Of a stretch of DNA of 64,000 nt, positions 8,458-17,370 are shown one piece after another. Source of the DNA: Nanobdellota archaeon (GTDB lineage Archaea > Nanobdellota > Nanobdellia > Pacearchaeales > GW2011-AR1). Position numbers and translations under genes: made by a program. The first letter of the stretch is position 1. The number at the start of each line of letters is the position of its first letter. Under the pieces are notes generated by a model, which saw only the letters and a list, made by a program, of their open reading frames with translations, was not told where the DNA came from and ran no database searches. The stretch spans positions 30,027 to 94,026 of the forward strand of contig JBBTAN010000017.1 in the NCBI GenBank assembly GCA_038044205.1, in the 5' to 3' direction.

Positions 8458-9012
8458 ATGAAATATTTTTTTGTTATTGATACTGAACAATATGCTGGAA
8501 ATTTTCAAAGAGAGATGGCTGCTTATATTACAGGAAGATGGGATTTTGAAACTCATGGGGAAAAAGAAGCTGATGCATTTATTAAAGAAGAAGGAGAAGA
8601 GACTTCCAGAAAATTTGATGAGACTATTATAGGTATAAATGATGATGAACATGGATGGTTTGTTGCTGCGCTTATTGCTACTCCAGGTTGGTTTAACAAT
8701 GGTCTAGGAGGCGAGTTTAGGGACGGTCAAGATAAAGAGGCAGAAAAACACTACAATAAAGAATCAAAGAGATGGGAAGGTAAGTATGGAGATAAAGCGG
8801 AAAAATATAATGGGCAAAAATATCCTTCATATCAAAGTATTGGAGTTGTATTCAGCAAGAAACCAACTGATAAAATGATAGAAACTATGAAACGTAGGGC
8901 TAAAGATTATGCTAAAAATTATAAAGATTGTATTGGTAGAAAACAAAAAATAAATATTACTAATTTTAGGCTAGTTACAGAAAAAATTATTAAAAAAGAA
9001 ATTTATATTTAG
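8458..9012 (+). CDS. hypothetical protein
   Basis: ATG 8458 after SD aaaaggagtaaaaat; MKYFFVIDTEQYAGNF.. Confidence 0.65.
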   Translation: MKYFFVIDTEQYAGNFQREMAAYITGRWDFETHGEKEADAFIKEEGEETSRKFDETIIGINDDEHGWFVAALIATPGWFNNGLGGEFRDGQDKEAEKHYNKESKRWEGKYGDKAEKYNGQKYPSYQSIGVVFSKKPTDKMIETMKRRAKDYAKNYKDCIGRKQKINITNFRLVTEKIIKKEIYI

Positions 9013-9024
9013 GAGTAAAAGAAA

Positions 9025-9354
9025 ATGAAAACAGAAACAGATTTTCCTGAAAATATTACTATTGGCGATAAATATGGACCTGCTATGAAAATAACTGATC
9101 AGGATGAAGCTAATATTTATTTTGAGAAGTGTGTTCGTCATCAAATGTGGTTTAATAAATCTAGAGATGAAGCAGTAAGTATTGAGAAACAGAACCTTGG
9201 TTATTTTTCTGGTTATTATGATTCTGAAACTATGGAAAGGGTGCAGAAATTATTTAATTGTTCTCATCCGGTTTTTGGTAAAGTAACAGCAGGTAATCCT
9301 CCTACACCTGAAGAAGCATTTAATGCTGGCGTAAAAATTGGAAAGAAAAAATAA
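9025..9354 (+). CDS. hypothetical protein
   Basis: 109 aa, SD aggag. Confidence 0.65.
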   Translation: MKTETDFPENITIGDKYGPAMKITDQDEANIYFEKCVRHQMWFNKSRDEAVSIEKQNLGYFSGYYDSETMERVQKLFNCSHPVFGKVTAGNPPTPEEAFNAGVKIGKKK

Positions 9355-9366
9355 AAAGAGGAAGAA

Positions 9367-9762
9367 ATGAAAAATGATTCTTCAGTTGAAACAGTTTTTG
9401 AATGCCAGAGATGTAAAGGAACATTTAAAACTAGAGAGGCTTTTAATAAACACCTAAATATTAAATTAAAAGTAGGAGATCTTACTTCCTGTGATGGACT
9501 AGAACTATTTATTATTGAAAGAATAGATGATTGCAAGATAATTGCTAAATTATTTTCTCTAGATGCAGAACTAAAAGAAGATGCTGAAGTATTTGAATTT
9601 GAACATGATCAATTAACTAAAGCAACAAATTGCGAAATTAAAACGGCTATTGAAGAAGCTATTGAAACTATTAAAGATAAAGAATTCACTATAAAAGAAT
9701 TTAAAAATGATATTAATTTTATAAAGAAACAAATTAAATATTTGAAAGCAAGGGGTAAGTAA
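9367..9762 (+). CDS. hypothetical protein, N-terminal CxxC motif
   Basis: 131 aa with SD; FECQRCKGTFKTREAFNKH. Confidence 0.6.
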   Translation: MKNDSSVETVFECQRCKGTFKTREAFNKHLNIKLKVGDLTSCDGLELFIIERIDDCKIIAKLFSLDAELKEDAEVFEFEHDQLTKATNCEIKTAIEEAIETIKDKEFTIKEFKNDINFIKKQIKYLKARGK

Positions 9763-10197
9763 ATGTATAAAAGCGATTCTCCATATTATAAAGTATTGGA
9801 ACTAGCTGGAGCAACTATTAAAAGGTTCGGAGAATTCGGTTCCTATCAAGGTGAATGGTGGGCTGAAGTAATATATAAAGATAAACGTGGTTGGGTAAAT
9901 GGTTTTTATGGATCCTGTACTGGTTGTGATGCACTATTAGCTGAATTTGGTAGAGCCGATCATAACTGTAATGGAGAGGAATACTATGATCCTATTTATA
10001 AAATGAATTTCAGAGAAAATTGCAAAACATGTCAAAATATAAAAAAGAGATTAATTGAATTGGGAGAAAAATACTTAGAAAATATTATGTCTAAAGCAGA
10101 TGCAATCACTCTAGCAAGAAAAAATTCAGATTGGGATGTTGAAGCAGATAAAATGGTTGATTTTATTAAAAATAAACAAAAAGGAATTAAAAAATGA
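9763..10197 (+). CDS. hypothetical Cys-rich protein
   Basis: 144 aa; GSCTGCD and CKTCQ motifs. Confidence 0.65.
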   Translation: MYKSDSPYYKVLELAGATIKRFGEFGSYQGEWWAEVIYKDKRGWVNGFYGSCTGCDALLAEFGRADHNCNGEEYYDPIYKMNFRENCKTCQNIKKRLIELGEKYLENIMSKADAITLARKNSDWDVEADKMVDFIKNKQKGIKK

Positions 10198-10460
10198 AAG
10201 ATGACAAAGTTATAACTGAAGACCCTCTTTTGCCTGCACCTTCTGTTATTATGAAGAAGTATTCTAGCAAACTAAGTTTAGAAGGATACGAAGAAGCAAG
10301 AATCCTTTTATCATTCCTTGATAGAGAAGCTGATAATAAAATGAAAGAAAAATTTATTAAATTTCTAAGAGATATAACTATTAAATATATCGAAAAATGG
10401 GATATAAAAGAACATGTGGAACAAGATTATCTTGACGAGATCAGTGAAATTACTAAATAA
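10194..10460 (+). CDS. hypothetical protein
   Basis: 88 aa, ATGA overlap with the previous stop. Confidence 0.6.
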   Translation: MKDDKVITEDPLLPAPSVIMKKYSSKLSLEGYEEARILLSFLDREADNKMKEKFIKFLRDITIKYIEKWDIKEHVEQDYLDEISEITK

Positions 10461-10477
10461 ACAAAAAGGAAATAAAA

Positions 10478-10978
10478 ATGGACGATGAAAATCTAATCAA
10501 AGAAGAAACAATAACTACAACTACTTATACATTACCAGATGGTAGAAAATATACAGATTACGCTGTAGCTAAATCTTTCCTAAACTCATATAAAAAAGAA
10601 CTTGAAAGACAACAAATAGCACAAAAACAACAAGAAGAAGAAAAGGAAATACTAAAATCTTTATTCTGCGAAGGAAATCCTAAATATGGAGGATTTTGGA
10701 TATATCTCTCTGACAAAGAATCATTTAATAAAATAAAGAAAATTAAATTAGATCATGATAAGCATGATTGGGAAAAAGGTTGGAATTATGTGGAATTTAA
10801 AGAATATAAATCTTGCAATAATGATGATTATGAAGATGAAGACGAAGAAGGGAAACCTGATGGAAATTTTAATGTAACAACTATCGACACAGAAATAGAA
10901 TTAAATAATAAAGCAATTAATTATTATAATAATAAAGCTAAAGAACTAAATGAAAGAAAAAATAATAATCCTGTTTAA
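10478..10978 (+). CDS. hypothetical protein
   Basis: 166 aa with SD. Confidence 0.65.
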   Translation: MDDENLIKEETITTTTYTLPDGRKYTDYAVAKSFLNSYKKELERQQIAQKQQEEEKEILKSLFCEGNPKYGGFWIYLSDKESFNKIKKIKLDHDKHDWEKGWNYVEFKEYKSCNNDDYEDEDEEGKPDGNFNVTTIDTEIELNNKAINYYNNKAKELNERKNNNPV

Positions 10979-11001
10979 TTTTTATATTTTATTTTCACCC
11001 A

Positions 11002-11036
11002 ATGCCCGGAACCATGACACCTGTTCTTTTTATTTT
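11002..11036 (+). promoter_or_regulatory. motif-1 element (ATGCCCGGA-N20-TATTTT)
   Basis: exact 9-mer, copy 1 of 12. Confidence 0.55.
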
Positions 11037-11119
11037 TTACCGTTGACAAATAAAAAACAATAAAGGAATTTATTAATAAATTAAATAATATATATTTATA
11101 TTATTTAAAGAGGAATAAA

Positions 11120-11788
11120 ATGAAAAAAATGTCTAAATGGGAACAATCAATTATTAATAAATTCATAAAACAAGCTGAAGCTGAAGATGATAAAAAATTT
11201 CCTAAACAAAATATGGCGAATGTAAATGATATGAAAAAAGAAGGATTACCTTTGCTTCATTACGAAGTAAAATATCAACAAATAGAGGAAATTAAAAAAT
11301 TGATTGATTTGGGGGCTGACATCAACATTAGCGTACCCCCTGTAAATATGACACCTTTACTTTGGGCAATCTCGTATGGATTTTATGAAATTGCTGAATT
11401 ACTTATCAACAAGGGAGCGGATGTTAATAAAAGTGGTGGAATTGTAAAAACAACTCCACTTCAGTGGGCACTCTCAACTAAACGTACATCCTCACCTAAT
11501 ATACTTCCTGAAAAACGAAGAGAACTTGTTAATATACTTATTACTAATGGTGCTGATGTTAATGCCGTGCATTCTTCAAATGGGTATACCCCACTTCATA
11601 TCGCAGCTTCTCATGGTCACAAGGATGCTGTTGCTATGTTGCTCCTTGCTGGTGCAAATGTTAATATCAAAACATATAATGGAGAAACTCCACTGGACCT
11701 TGCGGTAAAGTTAAACCAGAAAAACAAAAGAAAAGGTAAGGAAGTTATAGAATTAATTAAAAAAGCAATTGATGGTAACAACAAATAA
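11120..11788 (+). CDS. ankyrin-repeat protein
   Basis: TPLLWAISYGFYEIAELLINKGADVN and TPLHIAASHGHKDAVAMLLLAGANVN repeats. Confidence 0.9.
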   Translation: MKKMSKWEQSIINKFIKQAEAEDDKKFPKQNMANVNDMKKEGLPLLHYEVKYQQIEEIKKLIDLGADINISVPPVNMTPLLWAISYGFYEIAELLINKGADVNKSGGIVKTTPLQWALSTKRTSSPNILPEKRRELVNILITNGADVNAVHSSNGYTPLHIAASHGHKDAVAMLLLAGANVNIKTYNGETPLDLAVKLNQKNKRKGKEVIELIKKAIDGNNK

Positions 11789-11809
11789 AGAAATCTATTA
11801 TTTTCCCTG

Positions 11810-11844
11810 ATGCCCGGAACAAAATTACCTACCGTACCCATTCC
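11810..11844 (+). promoter_or_regulatory. motif-1 element (ATGCCCGGA-N20-CATTCC)
   Basis: exact 9-mer preceded by ttttccctg; followed by GC-rich hairpin actgtgg 11848-11854 / ccacagt 11883-11889. Confidence 0.5.
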
Positions 11845-11934
11845 TAGACTGTGGAATATCGCCATTGTCCAGACAAATGCCGCCACAGTGCTTTAAAACA
11901 TCATTTAAATGGCAATGAATAATATATTATATAT

Positions 11935-11977
11935 CCAACTGATCCGACCATTGGATTTTTTATTTTTATTTTATTGT
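11935..11977 (+). promoter_or_regulatory. motif-2 element (CCAACTGATCCGA-N24-TATTGT)
   Basis: followed by AGATGAGAAA, as at 1870 and 28095. Confidence 0.55.
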
Positions 11978-12043
11978 AGATGAGAAATATTTTATATATT
12001 TTATTTTATTTGTTTTGTTCCCAATAATAAAAAGGAATACAAA

Positions 12044-12322
12044 ATGGACAACAAAAACAAAGAAATTACAGATGAAACAGAAATGTTACTAATAAGAGTA
12101 GAAAATGGAAAAGTACACGTAAGTCGTTCTTCTTTTTCCCATCCTATACATATACTTGTTGCTGATTATGATAATCCTAATGATGAAGATATTATCCAAG
12201 AATCAAAATCTTTCTATTTTCCATTAGAAGAAAAGTGTTTAGTTCAACATGTCTGGGAAAGTGTATTAATGCCTAAAGATACAGAAGAATTAAGAAAAAC
12301 TTTTTTCACTAAAAATAAATAA
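12044..12322 (+). CDS. hypothetical protein, family G
   Basis: GKVHVSRSSFSHPIHILVADYDNP..LMPKDTEELRKTFFTKN, shared with the C-terminal half of 12498. Confidence 0.65.
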   Translation: MDNKNKEITDETEMLLIRVENGKVHVSRSSFSHPIHILVADYDNPNDEDIIQESKSFYFPLEEKCLVQHVWESVLMPKDTEELRKTFFTKNK

Positions 12323-12390
12323 ATAATAAAATAATAACTATATATTTTATTTTGTTTTTCAATATAAATAAAATACATTTCCACCCAACC

Positions 12391-12433
12391 CCAACTGATC
12401 CGACAATGAATATTTTTATTTTATTTTTATTGT
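12391..12433 (+). promoter_or_regulatory. motif-2 element (CCAACTGATCCGA-N24-TATTGT)
   Basis: preceded by ccacccaacc. Confidence 0.55.
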
Positions 12434-12497
12434 ATGAGAAAATGAATAATTAATATATTTATATTTTTTTTTGTTTTAAAAATGAAAGGAAACAAAA

Positions 12498-13193
12498 ATG
12501 AAAATCGAATATTATGATTGCATAAATACTATACTCAATTACATAAAAGAAAATATTAAATCTATTTATTATGAGAAACCTATCCGATGCCAATTATTAA
12601 ATCAGAATGATGGAATTTCTAAAGGATTCTCTTTAGATTTTGAAAATGAAAATGTGATTATTTATTGTTATGAAAACCTCTATCCTGAAAAAAGTTTTAA
12701 AATTATTTATGAAATAAAACATGAAATGCCAGAAACAAATATTATTTATGGATTTTCTATGGAATCTTGTAAAAATACAGCTAATGCTATTGTTAATTAT
12801 ATAGAAAATTTCCTAGGTCTTGAAAAATCACAAATACATCCTATTCATCCAGACTATGAAATGAATAATGGAATAGAAATGCTAGTCATTGTGTTTAGTA
12901 ATGGGAAAGTCCAAGGTATAAATCGTTCCAATTTTTCCTATCCTATACATATTTTAGTTGCCGATTATGATAACCCTTATAACGAAAATCGGAAACTAGG
13001 ATCAAAAACATGTTGCATATCAGGATTACAATGTCTAGTTAGACCTGTTTGGGAAGGTTCATTAATGCCTAAAAATACAGAAAAATTAAGAAAAACTTTT
13101 TTCACTAAAAAAGAGCGTATCCTAACTGACGAAGAAAAAGAAGCAATTTATTATCATAACCATCCTGGTGAAATTAATAATGGACCATTTTAA
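12498..13193 (+). CDS. hypothetical protein, family G C-terminal domain
   Basis: 231 aa; GKVQGINRSNFSYPIHILVADYDNP..LMPKNTEKLRKTFFTKK. Confidence 0.7.
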   Translation: MKIEYYDCINTILNYIKENIKSIYYEKPIRCQLLNQNDGISKGFSLDFENENVIIYCYENLYPEKSFKIIYEIKHEMPETNIIYGFSMESCKNTANAIVNYIENFLGLEKSQIHPIHPDYEMNNGIEMLVIVFSNGKVQGINRSNFSYPIHILVADYDNPYNENRKLGSKTCCISGLQCLVRPVWEGSLMPKNTEKLRKTFFTKKERILTDEEKEAIYYHNHPGEINNGPF

Positions 13194-13206
13194 AAAGGAG
13201 AATCGA

Positions 13207-13380
13207 ATGAAACTCAACGAACCTTTTGATGCTTATATTGATTCCGAACATCAGCTAGACCATAAATACGCAGAATCCCTTGGCCTAAAAATTAAAAAGA
13301 AAAATATTATTATTATTGATTCTTTTGCCATACCTGATAAAAATAAAGAAAATAATAATAAAGAAAATGAAAACAAGTAA
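13207..13380 (+). CDS. hypothetical small protein
   Basis: ATG 13207 after SD aaaaaggag. Confidence 0.5.
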   Translation: MKLNEPFDAYIDSEHQLDHKYAESLGLKIKKKNIIIIDSFAIPDKNKENNNKENENK

Positions 13381-13455
13381 TTATATTTATTTTATTTGTT
13401 ATTTATATTTTGTTTTTCTCCAGCCACAGAATAAATGAAGGAATCTAAATAATTA

Positions 13456-13464
13456 TTGTATAAT
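13456..13464 (+). promoter_or_regulatory. TTGTATAAT -10-like element upstream of tRNA-Met
   Basis: ends 13 nt before the tRNA 5' end; same 9-mer as at 2606. Confidence 0.5.
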
Positions 13465-13477
13465 TTAATGAATTCAC

Positions 13478-13556
13478 GGGCCTGTAGCTCAATTGGTTTT
13501 AGAGCATCGGACTCATAATCCGGGGGTTCCAGGATCATGCCCTGGCAGGCCCACCA
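13478..13556 (+). tRNA. trnM: tRNA-Met-type (anticodon CAU; Ile2 not excluded) with atypical T-loop, CCA encoded
   Basis: perfect acceptor gggcctg/caggccc; D stem gctc/gagc; anticodon loop cTCATaa; T stem ccagg/cctgg but T loop atcatgc lacks TTC. Confidence 0.8.
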
Positions 13557-13662
13557 TTTTCAATCTTTCCCAAAAAAGAAAAAATAAATAAAGGAATCCG
13601 TTTCAATAACATACAATTTATATTAGTCCACAATATTGTGGTTTGATATATGGAGGTCCAAT

Positions 13663-14325
13663 ATGAAAGAACAGGAAAAGATTAAAGCTATTGAGTTGAG
13701 AAAACAAGGGTTATCAGTCAATAAAATAGCAAAAGAAGTTGGTGCTTCAAAAGGAACTGTCAGTGTATGGGTTAGAGATATTCAATTAACAAAAGAACAA
13801 AAGATTCAATTAGCTAAAAATAGAAATCCAGGTTATTCAGGATTTAGCACAAAAGAAATATTAGCAGAAGAAAAAGAAAAAAGAATAGAATCACAAAACA
13901 AAGGGAGAGAAATAGTAAAAAGTTGTGAAGAAGGATATAGGTATGGATGTATGTTATACTGGACAAAAGGTGAAAAAAATAAAAATTGTGTTGTATTCTC
14001 GAATACAGATGTAAATATAATGATTCTATTTATTAATTTTTTGAGAAAATATTTTAACTGCAATAATAAAGATTTTTCTATTTCTGTAACCGCTAATGTC
14101 AATAGTGAATATTCTTCTTCAGATATAGAAAATTTTTGGATCCAGAACCTTGGTATTGAAAAAGAATGTTTAAAAAAATCAACATTCAAGAAAAACGATA
14201 AAGAAAATAATGAATATCCTTATGGGAAATGTCGTATAGCTCTAAATAATACAGATGTAATTCAGCAGATTTATGGCTCTATTCAAGAAATTGGTGGATT
14301 CGTCCAGGAAGAATGGCTATATTGA
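13663..14325 (+). CDS. HTH plus LAGLIDADG-like homing-endonuclease-like protein, family H
   Basis: IELRKQGLSVNKIAKEVGASKGTVSVWV (HTH); CMLYWTKGEKNKN..FINFLRKYF..FW resembles a single-motif LAGLIDADG-type domain from memory. Confidence 0.5.
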   Translation: MKEQEKIKAIELRKQGLSVNKIAKEVGASKGTVSVWVRDIQLTKEQKIQLAKNRNPGYSGFSTKEILAEEKEKRIESQNKGREIVKSCEEGYRYGCMLYWTKGEKNKNCVVFSNTDVNIMILFINFLRKYFNCNNKDFSISVTANVNSEYSSSDIENFWIQNLGIEKECLKKSTFKKNDKENNEYPYGKCRIALNNTDVIQQIYGSIQEIGGFVQEEWLY

Positions 14326-14432
14326 TTTTTTATTTTTTAGAAAAAGAAAAATAAATAAAGGAATTTTTATACCCTATGCCGAATCTAAATATATCCAACA
14401 TCATTTCGATGTTTGGTATAAGGAGATTCGGT

Positions 14433-15143
14433 ATGAAAAAAGAAGAAAAAGCCAAAGCTATTGAATTACGCAAGCAAGGGTTTTCATTGCGTACAATATC
14501 AAAACAACTAGGCGCATGTAGAAGTAGTGTAAGTTATTGGGTTAGAAATGTTTTATTAACAGATGCTCAAAAAACACAATTGATAGCTAATAAAAATAAT
14601 AGTGGATATTTAGGATTTGGAGCAAGAGTTGTAGCTGCTAAAGCTAAAGAAAAAAGGATGGAGTATCAAAATATAGGAATAGAAAAAGCTAGTAATTGCG
14701 ATATAGAATATTCAATGGGATGTATGTTGTATTGGGCCGAAGGTAGTAAAAATAAAAATGCTGTAATATTTACAAACACAGATGTTGATATGATGGTATT
14801 TTTTGTGAATTTTATGAGAAAATATTTCAATTGTAATAATGAAGACTTTGCAGTATCTATAAATACTTATTTAGATAATGGCTACACTGAAATTGAAGTG
14901 GAAAATTTTTGGATGGAAAAATTTAAACTTGACAGAACTTGTTTAAGAAAATCAATTTTTAGAAAAGGTGATGGGACAGGTAAATATCCTTATGGAACAT
15001 GTAGAATAAGTATAGGTAGCACAAAAATAGTTCAACAGATATATGGTTCTATACAAAAATTAATTGGTTTTAAAAGGGAATTGTGGTTAAATGGTAGCAG
15101 GGGTTGGAAAGGCCAAAATAAAAATTTAGAATCAATCAAATAA
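14433..15143 (+). CDS. HTH plus LAGLIDADG-like homing-endonuclease-like protein, family H
   Basis: paralog of 13663: IELRKQGFSLRTISKQLGACRSSVSYWV, CMLYWAEGSKNKN, FVNFMRKYF. Confidence 0.5.
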   Translation: MKKEEKAKAIELRKQGFSLRTISKQLGACRSSVSYWVRNVLLTDAQKTQLIANKNNSGYLGFGARVVAAKAKEKRMEYQNIGIEKASNCDIEYSMGCMLYWAEGSKNKNAVIFTNTDVDMMVFFVNFMRKYFNCNNEDFAVSINTYLDNGYTEIEVENFWMEKFKLDRTCLRKSIFRKGDGTGKYPYGTCRISIGSTKIVQQIYGSIQKLIGFKRELWLNGSRGWKGQNKNLESIK

Positions 15144-15151
15144 TAAAAAAT

Positions 15152-15227
15152 GGGCTAGTGGGGATGGTCTCCTCGCAACGTCTTATAAGCGTTGTTTTCT
15201 CAGTTCAATTCTGAGCTAGGCTTACCA
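15152..15227 (+). tRNA. trnI: non-canonical tRNA-like gene, anticodon UAU (Ile, AUA)
   Basis: T arm ctcag-ttcaatt-ctgag; anticodon stem aacgt/gcgtt with loop cTTATaa; acceptor gggctag/ctaggct has a G-G mismatch; crowded D arm; 3' tail t-acca. Confidence 0.55.
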
Positions 15228-15235
15228 TAAAAAAG

Positions 15236-15253
15236 AGATAGTATCAACTATCT
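15236..15253 (+). repeat. hairpin agatag-tatcaa-ctatct, copy 1
   Basis: near-identical hairpin at 15670-15687; the pair brackets gene 15270-15614. Confidence 0.6.
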
Positions 15254-15269
15254 TATTGGAGTAAATGTA

Positions 15270-15614
15270 ATGAGACGGAATTATTTAGTTCCTAAAGAAA
15301 AGTGTTATGATTGCAATGTAAATATAGGTGAGTTTCATGTTGATGGTTGTGATATAGAGATATGTCCAGAGTGTGGTGGTCAATGGATATCCTGTGAATG
15401 TGAAATAGATGAAGATGAACGTATTCCTTACGATGGGTATTTTCCAGGGACATTAGAGGCTATTGAATGTAATTTATATAGTAGATGGGATGAAGAGAAA
15501 AAGAGATGGATTAAGTGTTCAGCAGATGATATGGATGCAGGTCCGGACCTTAATCGTATTAGAGAAATAGGGACATGGGACAAAAAATCAAAAAAGTGGG
15601 TTGTCGTACAGTAA
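15270..15614 (+). CDS. Cys-rich hypothetical protein
   Basis: 114 aa with SD; CYDCNVNIGEFHVDGCDIEICPECGGQWISCEC. Confidence 0.7.
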   Translation: MRRNYLVPKEKCYDCNVNIGEFHVDGCDIEICPECGGQWISCECEIDEDERIPYDGYFPGTLEAIECNLYSRWDEEKKRWIKCSADDMDAGPDLNRIREIGTWDKKSKKWVVVQ

Positions 15615-15669
15615 CTTTAGAAAATAAAAATAAATAATTATTTTTTATTGTTGTGGACCAAAAATAAAA

Positions 15670-15687
15670 AGATAGAATCAACTATCT
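15670..15687 (+). repeat. hairpin agatag-aatcaa-ctatct, copy 2
   Basis: followed by tgtttatattttt; possible weak terminator. Confidence 0.6.
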
Positions 15688-15913
15688 TGTTTATATTTTT
15701 TATAAGTAAAATAAAAAAAGAAAGGAAGTAATATGTTGATTGAAATCAACTGTAAATTTTGAGAAAGTTTATAACAATTAAATAAAAAACAATATATATT
15801 ATATTAAACTGTAAGTGTTTTATAAAAAATAAAAAAATAATATATAAATATACACTCTATAAAAAATAATATATTTATATTTTACGCCCTAAATAAAAAA
15901 AGGAAAAATAAAA

Positions 15914-16087
15914 ATGTTATCATTTATATTATTTAGTTTATATTGTATGATATTATTTGGATTGACAATTTGTTTAGTTGAGAGAATATGTTATTTTTTG
16001 AATATAGGAGATACTATAGCAAAGTGGACTAAAAGGTGGTGGTTATGAGTATGGCAGATATTACATTTGGAATATTTACAGGGATAG
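15914..16087 (+). CDS. small membrane protein
   Basis: 57 codons, SD aaaaggaaaaataaaa, N-terminal TM segment; the 3' end overlaps the next ORF. Confidence 0.4.
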
Positions 16088-16170
16088 GTATATTATTTAT
16101 ACTTGGTCTTATTTTTATGGAATATGAGACATTTGAAGAAACAATGGATAGGTTGGAAAATAAAAAATGA
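16044..16170 (+). pseudogene. small TM protein with a 1-nt frameshift at a G4 run
   Basis: MSMADITFGIFT (frame of ATG 16044, SD aaggtgg) continues as GIGILFILGLIFMEYETFEETMDRLENKK only if gggg at 16080-16083 is read as ggg. Confidence 0.4.
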
Positions 16171-16340
16171 TAGATAATATAAAAGAAGCATTGTCCATAT
16201 TGAGATCAGGTAAGGATAATTATAGTCAAGCATTAGAGTTAAAGGAATTGGCATTGAGGATGAGGCGTGAGATAATTAATGAAATAGGTATAGTTGAATA
16301 TATAAAATTAGAAGAGAGGAATCGTCTAAAAGGAAAATGA
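16167..16340 (+). CDS. hypothetical small protein
   Basis: 57 aa, checked codon by codon. Confidence 0.5.
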   Translation: MIDNIKEALSILRSGKDNYSQALELKELALRMRREIINEIGIVEYIKLEERNRLKGK

Positions 16341-16344
16341 AAAA

Positions 16345-16635
16345 ATGTCATTTATTAAAATTATTTCTTTGGAATATAAGGATAAACAGGAGATCAAGGT
16401 TCATCCACTTTTTAGAGTTATTTCTGTTAATAAAAATGAAAATAATTATTTATATATTTCTGGTATTCATGATGGATATAAAGAAAGTTCAGATGGTTTA
16501 AAAATTGAAACAAGAATAGTATATATTACAAAAGAAGGCGATGTAGACAATGGAGTTATATGTTTTAGAAATCATATAGGTAGTGTAGTACATTTAGGTG
16601 AGATTTACCATATATTTATTAGCAATAAGGGGTAA
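16345..16635 (+). CDS. hypothetical protein
   Basis: 96 aa with SD. Confidence 0.6.
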   Translation: MSFIKIISLEYKDKQEIKVHPLFRVISVNKNENNYLYISGIHDGYKESSDGLKIETRIVYITKEGDVDNGVICFRNHIGSVVHLGEIYHIFISNKG

Positions 16636-16652
16636 AAAAGGAAAATAAAAAA

Positions 16653-16853
16653 ATGAATGAATGGAATAGTTGTATGTCTCATCCTAATAATGATAAAATT
16701 GTTTTGATTCGTCTTGATACTGGAGAATATGTAGTTGGCAGATGTCATAAAGGGGAGTGGCAAAGACCAGATTCGCATGGTAATTATTATATTTTATTTG
16801 GTGCAAGTAAATGGATTGATATACCTGATGAAAGTAATTTTAAAAATAAATAA
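16653..16853 (+). CDS. hypothetical protein
   Basis: 66 aa with SD. Confidence 0.6.
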   Translation: MNEWNSCMSHPNNDKIVLIRLDTGEYVVGRCHKGEWQRPDSHGNYYILFGASKWIDIPDESNFKNK

Positions 16854-16868
16854 AAAGGAAAAATAAAA

Positions 16869-16946
16869 ATGATTACTATGTTATTAGGATTTATTATAGG
16901 TATATGTTTATGTTATTGGATTTTTGGAGATGAAGATGAAAAGTAA
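16869..16946 (+). CDS. very small membrane peptide
   Basis: 25 aa, MITMLLGFIIGICLCYWIFG, SD aaaaggaaaaataaaa. Confidence 0.4.
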   Translation: MITMLLGFIIGICLCYWIFGDEDEK

Positions 16947-16950
16947 TAAA

Positions 16951-16991
16951 AATAAACATATATAATTTATTATTTTATTTTTTAAAAGGAG
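16951..16991 (+). repeat. 41-nt exact repeat, copy 1 (aataaacatatataatttattattttattttttaaaaggag)
   Basis: identical at 17886-17926; contains TATAAT and supplies the SD of the next gene. Confidence 0.8.
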
Positions 16992-16997
16992 AAGTAA

Positions 16998-17360
16998 ATG
17001 AAGGCAGAGAATAGGGTTATACTTGATTGGATAGCTAATGGTCGTGAGGTAATAAAATCAGGTGGATGTAATTATATATTTCATAATAATTCTGATACAG
17101 ATGGTTGGGATATTTTGGAATTTATATTGAAGAACAGAGGGAGGAAGGCAGCTATATATGAACTTGAGAATGCTTATTGTTTTATGAATCATAGGGATTT
17201 AGGAGAGGATAGTTGGGAATTTCATGATTCATATTTTATAAAAAAGAATCAGCCGAATCGTATGAATTTCAGAAAGAAGGATAGTTTCTGGTTAGTTAGG
17301 TTTGAGGAAGTTAAAGTTGAAGATGGAGTAAATAATTCTTTATCTGAATTATTTACATAG
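16998..17360 (+). CDS. hypothetical protein, family I
   Basis: 120 aa; ..NGREVIK..WLVRFEE parallels 17371. Confidence 0.65.
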   Translation: MKAENRVILDWIANGREVIKSGGCNYIFHNNSDTDGWDILEFILKNRGRKAAIYELENAYCFMNHRDLGEDSWEFHDSYFIKKNQPNRMNFRKKDSFWLVRFEEVKVEDGVNNSLSELFT

Positions 17361-17370
17361 GGGAGAAGTA

